Positions 57,848-64,000 of a DNA stretch of 64,000 nt are shown piece by piece. How positions within the stretch are numbered: the first letter of the stretch is position 1; each line of letters starts with the position of its first letter. The notes beneath the pieces were generated by a model. It did no database searches. It had not been told where the DNA came from and saw nothing but the letters and a program-made list of their open reading frames with translations. The DNA comes from Polyangiaceae bacterium (GTDB lineage Bacteria; Myxococcota_A; Polyangia; Polyangiales; Polyangiaceae), in the NCBI GenBank assembly GCA_013214025.1, contig JABSRN010000006.1:96715-160714 (forward strand), given 5' to 3'. A program made the translations under genes and the position numbers.

Positions 57848-59677
57848 CTAGCCCCCGTCCACTGGTCCAGAATATGCGAAGCAACGAAACCCAAGGAGTT
57901 CTCCGCGTTTCTGACGCGCCAGCGCGCCCCGCTTGGCAATTCGCACTTCGTTCCGCTCTGTCGCCGCCCAGCTCCCGCCCCGATATACGCGAGCACCGCT
58001 ACCGGCCCCGTAGTCGCTGGATGTCCATTCCGCGACCCCGCCGGACATATCTTGCACTCGCTCCGCGGTATCCCCCGTGGGAAAACTCCCGACGGGGCAG
58101 CTGCCCTCCCGAGTGCGTCCACCAGACCAACAGAGTTGCGTGCCAGGTTCCTGATTCCCCCAGGGAAAGCCAAATGCTCGAACGCCTCCGCGGCCCACCC
58201 ACTCCCATTCCGCCTCCGTAGGCAAGCGGCGCCCGTAAAACTCGCAGTAGCTCGCTGCCTCATCATTGGAGACGCAATTCATCGGGTGACGCAGCCGGTC
58301 GACATGACCGTAGGTAGCCGCCTGATCGCAGGCCACATCGAGTCGACCTCGATGTCCACCCGATGTGCCAAGAGCGCAACCCTGGCTTTCCACGCAATCA
58401 GCGAAATCCCCAGCCGTCACCTCGGTAAACTCCACGCATAGAGCGCTCACTGCCGCACTATTCTTGCTCACACGGAGTGTGAACTGTCCGCCCGCCACAT
58501 AGGCCATATCCCGAGGGCAGATCCCAGGCTGCGCCGCCACCGGAGGCTTCATTCCAGAACTCTGCCCCCGTTGGTGAACGGGCCCCGAGAAAATGGAGAT
58601 GGCAGCCAGAGCGACGGCCAGAACGACAACACCCCCTGCGATCCAAGTACCGCTCGCACCTCGCAGAGAGAGCGCCGGGTTGACCATCTCCGAATCAGAA
58701 AGAGTTTCCTCCAGCGGAGCGTCGGGGGCTTCGGACTGACCCGAGTCAAGAACACCCGCATCTGACGTCCGTACGGAATCTTCCCCGATTCCCAACGCCG
58801 GACCGAGCCCCGCCAGGGCCAGCGATGCGTCCGTGAACCGGCTACCGAGGTCCCGTGACAAACATCGGCGAAACCAAGAGTCGAACCCCCCAGAGAGGGC
58901 CGAACTCCCCCACTCCCGAGCGCGCGAAGAAGCCGGGGGAAGATCATCCAGGACCACCTCACGCAGAATGCCCACAGCCGTGCCACCAGGGTCGTTTCCC
59001 GCCCTCCAATACGATCGCCCTGTAAGCAACCTGAAGGCCAGCAGACCCAAGGCCCAGACATCGGTTCCTGGAAGGATTCGCGAACCGGCGACGGTCTGTT
59101 CCGGAGCCATATATAGCGGAGTCCCGACAGCCGCGGTGTTCGAGAGTCGCGCCTGCGCCAGCACCTTCGCGATGCCAAAGTCCAACAACTTGACTGTGTA
59201 GGGAACGTCAGCACGCAGGGACTTCGCAAGGAACACATTCTCCGGCTTCAAGTCACGGTGCACGATCCCAGCCCGGTGCGCGGCACCCAAGGCGTGGCAA
59301 ATTTGAACAAAAATCCGGTACACTTCCCTCGGCGGAATGTCGCCCCGCTGCCGAACAAACTCGGAGAGGGTCTCGCCCTCCAGAAGCTCCATAACCAGCC
59401 AGGGAATGCCTGAGAATTCATCCACCCCCGCCGCCAACACATGCACAACGTGGTCACTCTGAATCAACGCCCCGACACGGGCCTCCTGAATGAAACGCCG
59501 GCGTTGTTCCGCGTCCTCAACCAACGCCGGATGCATGACCTTCAAAGCCCGCTCGCGCCCCGTACTCAACTGCTCGACGACGTAGACAGCGCCCATGCCG
59601 CCTTCGCTGAGAGGGCGAATGACGCGGTAATCGCCGGCGAACGGCGTGCCTGGTGTGAGAGTGAACGGTACCGGCAT
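57848..59677 (-). CDS. Ser/Thr protein kinase fused through a TM segment to an FGE-sulfatase (SUMF1-like) domain
   Basis: The kinase motifs are GGMGAVYV, ALKVM, HRDLKPENVFL, DFGIAK and APE. The TM segment is IAGGVVVLAVALAAISIF. The FGE-like motifs are RLPTEAEWEW and YRGGSW. Confidence 0.85.
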   Translation of the reverse strand: MPVPFTLTPGTPFAGDYRVIRPLSEGGMGAVYVVEQLSTGRERALKVMHPALVEDAEQRRRFIQEARVGALIQSDHVVHVLAAGVDEFSGIPWLVMELLEGETLSEFVRQRGDIPPREVYRIFVQICHALGAAHRAGIVHRDLKPENVFLAKSLRADVPYTVKLLDFGIAKVLAQARLSNTAAVGTPLYMAPEQTVAGSRILPGTDVWALGLLAFRLLTGRSYWRAGNDPGGTAVGILREVVLDDLPPASSRAREWGSSALSGGFDSWFRRCLSRDLGSRFTDASLALAGLGPALGIGEDSVRTSDAGVLDSGQSEAPDAPLEETLSDSEMVNPALSLRGASGTWIAGGVVVLAVALAAISIFSGPVHQRGQSSGMKPPVAAQPGICPRDMAYVAGGQFTLRVSKNSAAVSALCVEFTEVTAGDFADCVESQGCALGTSGGHRGRLDVACDQAATYGHVDRLRHPMNCVSNDEAASYCEFYGRRLPTEAEWEWVGRGGVRAFGFPWGNQEPGTQLCWSGGRTREGSCPVGSFPTGDTAERVQDMSGGVAEWTSSDYGAGSGARVYRGGSWAATERNEVRIAKRGALARQKRGELLGFRCFAYSGPVDGG

Positions 59678-59739
59678 GACATTCCTAGGCTAGCTCGGAC
59701 CAGCGTCCATTCCGCGATCTGCAAGAATGGCTTCACGGC

Positions 59740-62292
59740 TCAATCGCCCTGCGGTCCGCCGGAACCGGCGGACCGAGCTTTCTTCGAATACATCACTCGA
59801 AGCAATGCCGGGAACAATACGAGATCCGCAAATAGCGCGGCGATGACCGTGAAACCGACGAGCAATCCAAAGTACTTCAGATTCGTAACCTCAGCGGTCA
59901 GGTAGACACCAAATCCCGCCAACAACAGGAGGCTGGTTGACATCATCGCGCGCCCCGCATGTCGAAATGACGCCGCCAGTGCTTCGTCGACGTCGCCTTC
60001 CAAGTCGTAATAGGCCTTGAATTGATGGGCGAAATGCACGGTGTCGTCTACCGCAATACCAATGGCGATGGACGCGATCAACAGAGTTGACATATCCAGG
60101 GGGATACCCGAATAACCCATGAGGCCCAGCACCATCAGAATCGGCAGCAAATTCGGAACCATCGAGACCATGCCGAGGCGAAAGTCTCGAAGTAACAAGA
60201 TGATCATCACGGTGATGACCAGCAACGCGCTGGCGAAACTCTTCACTAGATCCCACAGCAGCACCAAAATGACGGACACGTGGGTCAAGACGGTACCGGT
60301 CGGACGTACGCGATACTTCGGGCCGACGGCAGCCTCCGCCGCCGCTACGACATGGTCTACGAGCGGGGGGAAATCTCGAGCGTCTTTCAGGCGGACACGA
60401 ATCGTTATCAGCGCTTCGTTCAGATCGACGGTGACGAGTTTTCTCAAATCTTCCGGACTCGAATTCTCAAACAGAGTCATCATATCGACGACCCCGCGTT
60501 GGGTATCGGGCACACGATACGCGTCGTCGGCGTTTCCATGCGTCGCGCGATGGGTTTCTCGAACGACATCCAATACACTGATAACACTCGTCGCCATTTC
60601 CCCACCGGTCAGCGGGTCCCGATAGGCGAGGATCTCGCCCTCGAGTTTCGCCAAGGCCAACATGAACTCTCGGTTCTTGATGTTCCCGCCATCCTTGGCG
60701 TCGATCAACAAGCGAATATCGTCGACTCCACCGTACAACTCATCCGCCTGGTGGGTCGCGACCCGCGCCGGATGATCGAGGGGTAGGTATTCTACCCCCC
60801 CTTGGGACGGCGCCAATCTAGTTGCGCCGACGGTCGATACCAGTCCAACAAGCAGTCCCGTCAAGATGATAAAATTGCGCCCGCGAGTCGCCCCCCCTGA
60901 AGGAGAATGACTCACGCTGTCGCACCAGCCGAGCGCACGCGCGACGACGTCGCCGTCTTTGACGGCCGTCGCACCCAAAACGCTGCGGGTGTTGAAGCTC
61001 AACACAATGGGCAAGAAGACGACGGAGTGCAGTAGGGCCATCATCACGCCAAAGGCGCCAAACAGGCCCATGTCCCTCACGCTTTCTAGCTCACCCATTT
61101 GAAAGCTCAACAGCGCTACCGCGGTGGTCAGCGTCGTGTACACGATGGGGATGCCCGTTCCGCCCAGGGCGCGGACGATCGCTCGTCTGTTTTCCATCCC
61201 CTCGCGCCGATACTCTCGATACACCGACTGCAGATGAATCGAATCCCCGACGCCCACCGCGATCAGGAACGAGGGCAATACATTGCTGGTCATGGTGAGC
61301 GGAATGCCGCTCATGGCCATGGTGCCAAATGTCCAAATGGCGGCCTGCACGACAACCAAGAGCGGGCCCACGATTCCCATGGGGTGTCGAAACAGAAAAG
61401 CCAATATCACGAGAATGCCGAGCGTCGACAACGCAAACATTCGCTCAAAGTCCGCCTGTACGGTCCTGCCCAGCGCGGCGTTCAATGGTGGGCTGCCGCT
61501 CTGAGCCAGACGAAAATTCGGCGCCCGGTGCTTCTCAAGAATCGTCTCTAAGTGGGCCGACACCGAGTGCAAATCTGGTTCGTTCATGAACGCCGTACGG
61601 ATTACCAGGACCGAGCTCTTCCCCTCCCGATCCACCCAACGACGCACCATCCGATCATTTGACATGACCACACGTTTGAGTTCCGGCAGTTCGGCAGCCG
61701 TGGGCCAGTCATGCAGCCAGCCATCCGTCCGCAGGACGCCGTCTTTCCAGACAGTCCGGCGAAGATTGATGAGGGACAAGACCTCGTCCACCACGACCCC
61801 GCCGGCTTCGTCACCCCAACCCTCGGCGTCCGACCATTTCTCCCCTGCGAAATCGCCAAAGTCTTCGTCCCCGACCGGGCTGGCGGCGTGCGCCTCTTCA
61901 GCCGGCGGCAACCCGCGTTCACTCTTGCGTAGGCCCAGAGTTTTGAGCGGAATCGATATCGCTTCGACGTCTTTTTGGAGCGCCTTGAGCCGATTCAGAT
62001 AATCCATCGAAAAGACGTCGCCGGCCGCGACGATAAGAAAGGTCTCGTCCTGGCCGAAGTCGTCCCGCAAAATCTCTAGTGTCCGACCGGCTTCCGAGTC
62101 CGCCGCCAGGAGCGCCTCGGTACTCGCGTTGATGCGGAACCTCGTGACGACCTGGTGCACCATGAACGACGTCACCACCAACGTCAGCAACAACAGGGGC
62201 CATCGCCTTAGCAGAACCCACTCCGCCCACTTCTCGAACCGGAGACTCTGCGCAGAACGATTATTGAGCATTGTACGATGCAAATCGCACAC
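59740..62292 (-). CDS. RND-superfamily / MMPL-type transporter
   Basis: This ~850-aa protein has two 6-TM bundles separated by large soluble domains, with the typical ..GIPIVYTTLTTAVALLSF.. and ..AIGIAVDDTVHF.. motifs. The start is uncertain. Confidence 0.75.
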   Translation of the reverse strand: MCDLHRTMLNNRSAQSLRFEKWAEWVLLRRWPLLLLTLVVTSFMVHQVVTRFRINASTEALLAADSEAGRTLEILRDDFGQDETFLIVAAGDVFSMDYLNRLKALQKDVEAISIPLKTLGLRKSERGLPPAEEAHAASPVGDEDFGDFAGEKWSDAEGWGDEAGGVVVDEVLSLINLRRTVWKDGVLRTDGWLHDWPTAAELPELKRVVMSNDRMVRRWVDREGKSSVLVIRTAFMNEPDLHSVSAHLETILEKHRAPNFRLAQSGSPPLNAALGRTVQADFERMFALSTLGILVILAFLFRHPMGIVGPLLVVVQAAIWTFGTMAMSGIPLTMTSNVLPSFLIAVGVGDSIHLQSVYREYRREGMENRRAIVRALGGTGIPIVYTTLTTAVALLSFQMGELESVRDMGLFGAFGVMMALLHSVVFLPIVLSFNTRSVLGATAVKDGDVVARALGWCDSVSHSPSGGATRGRNFIILTGLLVGLVSTVGATRLAPSQGGVEYLPLDHPARVATHQADELYGGVDDIRLLIDAKDGGNIKNREFMLALAKLEGEILAYRDPLTGGEMATSVISVLDVVRETHRATHGNADDAYRVPDTQRGVVDMMTLFENSSPEDLRKLVTVDLNEALITIRVRLKDARDFPPLVDHVVAAAEAAVGPKYRVRPTGTVLTHVSVILVLLWDLVKSFASALLVITVMIILLLRDFRLGMVSMVPNLLPILMVLGLMGYSGIPLDMSTLLIASIAIGIAVDDTVHFAHQFKAYYDLEGDVDEALAASFRHAGRAMMSTSLLLLAGFGVYLTAEVTNLKYFGLLVGFTVIAALFADLVLFPALLRVMYSKKARSAGSGGPQGD

Positions 62293-62392
62293 TTCGGGGC
62301 CCTCGTCATCGCCTGATTCGCGACTTCCCCCGGCCGCAGCGCCCGTCGCGTTTGGGCTTGGAAGAAGCGAACTCCAGACTTAGGCTCTCTCG

Positions 62393-63943
62393 GTGCCAAG
62401 TCTACCTTTCCTTCGCCCCCCTCCCTGGCTGACCGCGGCCAGCACTCTCATCATCGCGACAGCGTGTAGCTCAGGAGACCCCACGACCTCGGTAGGCGTG
62501 GTCGCGCCACCTTCTCTATTGGACCTCGATCTGAGCAATGTCGAGACGCGACGCGCGGTGCTACCACGGCTTTCGCCGAGCGATAGTCGTAGCCCTAGCG
62601 ATATCACCAGCCAAACGGAGATGCTCTCGGAGGGCTACGGACAATGGGCCATGATTGAAGGCGAGACCCACCTCACGCTCACCCCGAACGGCGATCCAGC
62701 TCCCGCCGAAGCGGCAGCGCCCCGCTTGTTAGTGCGCTTCGCCCACGTGGCCGACCTGCAACTGACGGATGATGAGTCCCCCTCCCGTGTCGTAAGTGTT
62801 GATCTACCGTTCTTGCTCGACGGTGCCTACCGCCCGCAGGACGCTTACCTGTGCCATCTGACCAATGCCATCGTCACGACGCTCAATCGCGCGCACGCAA
62901 TGCTGCCACTAAATTTCGTGCTGCTTGGCGGAGACAACGCAGACAACGCTCAGGAAAATGAACATCAGTGGTTGATGTCCCTGCTCAACGGGACTCCGGA
63001 GATGCACTGCGATAGCGGCAGTGACGATGACCCGGTGCCGGGCCCGGGCAACGACCCGAAGGATTCATTCTCGGCGGTGGGTCTGGATGTTCCCTGGCTC
63101 TGGGTCACCGGCAACCACGACATACTGGTGCAAGGAAATTTTGTTCCTACCAGCGCAGACCAAAGCGTCAGCATCGGCACGCTCGCCGAGAACGGCACGC
63201 GGGATTGGTCCCAACCCCGCGGTCCGGTCATCGAAGGTGACGTAGCGGCTGACCCCTTACGGCGCTTTCTCAGCCCCCAAGAGATGCTCACGCGACTCGC
63301 CAACGACCAAGCCGGGCACGGATTAAACGCCAGCCAAGCCACCAGTGGTAAAGCGACATATCGTTATGACGTCGAGGACACGAATCTAAGCTTTGTGGTG
63401 ATCGACACGGCGAGCGCTACAGGTGGTGCCGAAGGCTTGATCCAAGAATCCGAGCTCCCGGGCATCGCTGCCTTACTGGACGAAACCCGAGCCGACGGCA
63501 AAACGGTGGTCCTCGCGTCCCACCACGCCGCCTCAGCTCTGGGAGTCGGAACGATGACGAGCGAGGGCGTCGCCGCCCCAGTGTTGGAAGACGACTGGCT
63601 CGAGTTTCTATCGAATTACCCCCATGTCGTATTCAGCATGGTGGGTCACGGCCACGTAAACCGAGCGCAACATCTCGGGCCCGCAGACGGCGGCTTCTGG
63701 GAAATCATGACGGCTGCGGTCGCTGACTATCCACATCAGGCCCGCCTTTTAGAAATTTGGGCTCACGACAACAGCTGGCTCATGCTGCGGGCGACGAGCG
63801 TCGATGTGGACGTCCAAGACAACGCCCTAGCCCAAGAAGGCTTGGAATTAGGCGTAATGGACCACGTTGCCGGCTGGAGTATTGACGGCCTGGGCGAAGC
63901 GACAGCCCGGAACGTTGAACTCTGGATTCCCCGACCCGAGTGA
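62393..63943 (+). CDS. Lipoprotein metallophosphoesterase
   Basis: It has the lipobox LIIATAC, plus ..HVADLQLTDDE.., ..LGGDNADN.., ..VTGNHD.., ..SHHA.., ..GHGH.. calcineurin-like motifs. Confidence 0.7.
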   Translation: MPSLPFLRPPPWLTAASTLIIATACSSGDPTTSVGVVAPPSLLDLDLSNVETRRAVLPRLSPSDSRSPSDITSQTEMLSEGYGQWAMIEGETHLTLTPNGDPAPAEAAAPRLLVRFAHVADLQLTDDESPSRVVSVDLPFLLDGAYRPQDAYLCHLTNAIVTTLNRAHAMLPLNFVLLGGDNADNAQENEHQWLMSLLNGTPEMHCDSGSDDDPVPGPGNDPKDSFSAVGLDVPWLWVTGNHDILVQGNFVPTSADQSVSIGTLAENGTRDWSQPRGPVIEGDVAADPLRRFLSPQEMLTRLANDQAGHGLNASQATSGKATYRYDVEDTNLSFVVIDTASATGGAEGLIQESELPGIAALLDETRADGKTVVLASHHAASALGVGTMTSEGVAAPVLEDDWLEFLSNYPHVVFSMVGHGHVNRAQHLGPADGGFWEIMTAAVADYPHQARLLEIWAHDNSWLMLRATSVDVDVQDNALAQEGLELGVMDHVAGWSIDGLGEATARNVELWIPRPE

Positions 63944-64000
63944 CCGCGCCAACGGCTGCCAGCTCTCGGGCTCCGGTGAACAAGATCAGCCCTTCGGAAA

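Noticed and set aside
1-64000. A search for tRNA/rRNA genes, CRISPR arrays, IS elements, integrases and phage genes.
   Set aside because: I saw no T-loop-type GGTTCGAAT motifs in intergenic regions, no regularly spaced direct repeats, no transposase or integrase-like ORFs, and no terminal inverted repeats. None are reported.

Overview
GC-rich bacterial chromosomal segment with dense coding on both strands. I found no rRNA, tRNA, CRISPR array, transposase or integrase. The protein repertoire suggests a Myxococcota/Bradymonadia-like organism, but that is an inference only: lipoproteins with Gly/Thr/Ser-rich linkers, a MYXO-CTERM-like sorting tail, a Ser/Thr kinase fused to an FGE-sulfatase domain, and a DnaJ protein with a PatA-like N-terminus.

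Recognisable genes:
- a partial RecQ-like helicase at the 5' edge
- ygiQ radical SAM, an M50 protease, an SDR and ligA
- a PaaI thioesterase and an LhgO-like FAD oxidoreductase
- egtB-egtD (ergothioneine)
- a FATP-like acyl-CoA synthetase and a hybrid histidine kinase
- a 10-gene Mrp-like cation/proton antiporter cluster
- lysine 6-transaminase, a HelD-like helicase and a class II amidotransferase
- an LLM oxidoreductase, an MBL hydrolase, an RND/MMPL transporter and a metallophosphoesterase

The strongest finding is an unannotated selenoprotein gene at 18201..18545. It is an ArsC/Spx-family redox protein whose catalytic Cys codon is an in-frame TGA (18228..18230). About 10 nt downstream is a 7-bp hairpin with a GGUC apical loop, which is bacterial SECIS-like geometry. 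The gene sits directly upstream of egtB-egtD on the same strand.

The second theme is an unusually high number of decayed genes:
- a hybrid histidine kinase
- a SAM methyltransferase
- a flagellin
- a REC-GGDEF-EAL protein
- a Cys-rich lipoprotein
- an NAD-epimerase

Other points worth a look are a secreted protein built from C-x3-C ladders with a C-terminal sorting signal, a C13 homopolymer upstream of the mrp cluster, and a triple CTGCAGACA repeat with a 12-bp inverted repeat. All family assignments come from motif recognition by eye; no database search was run.
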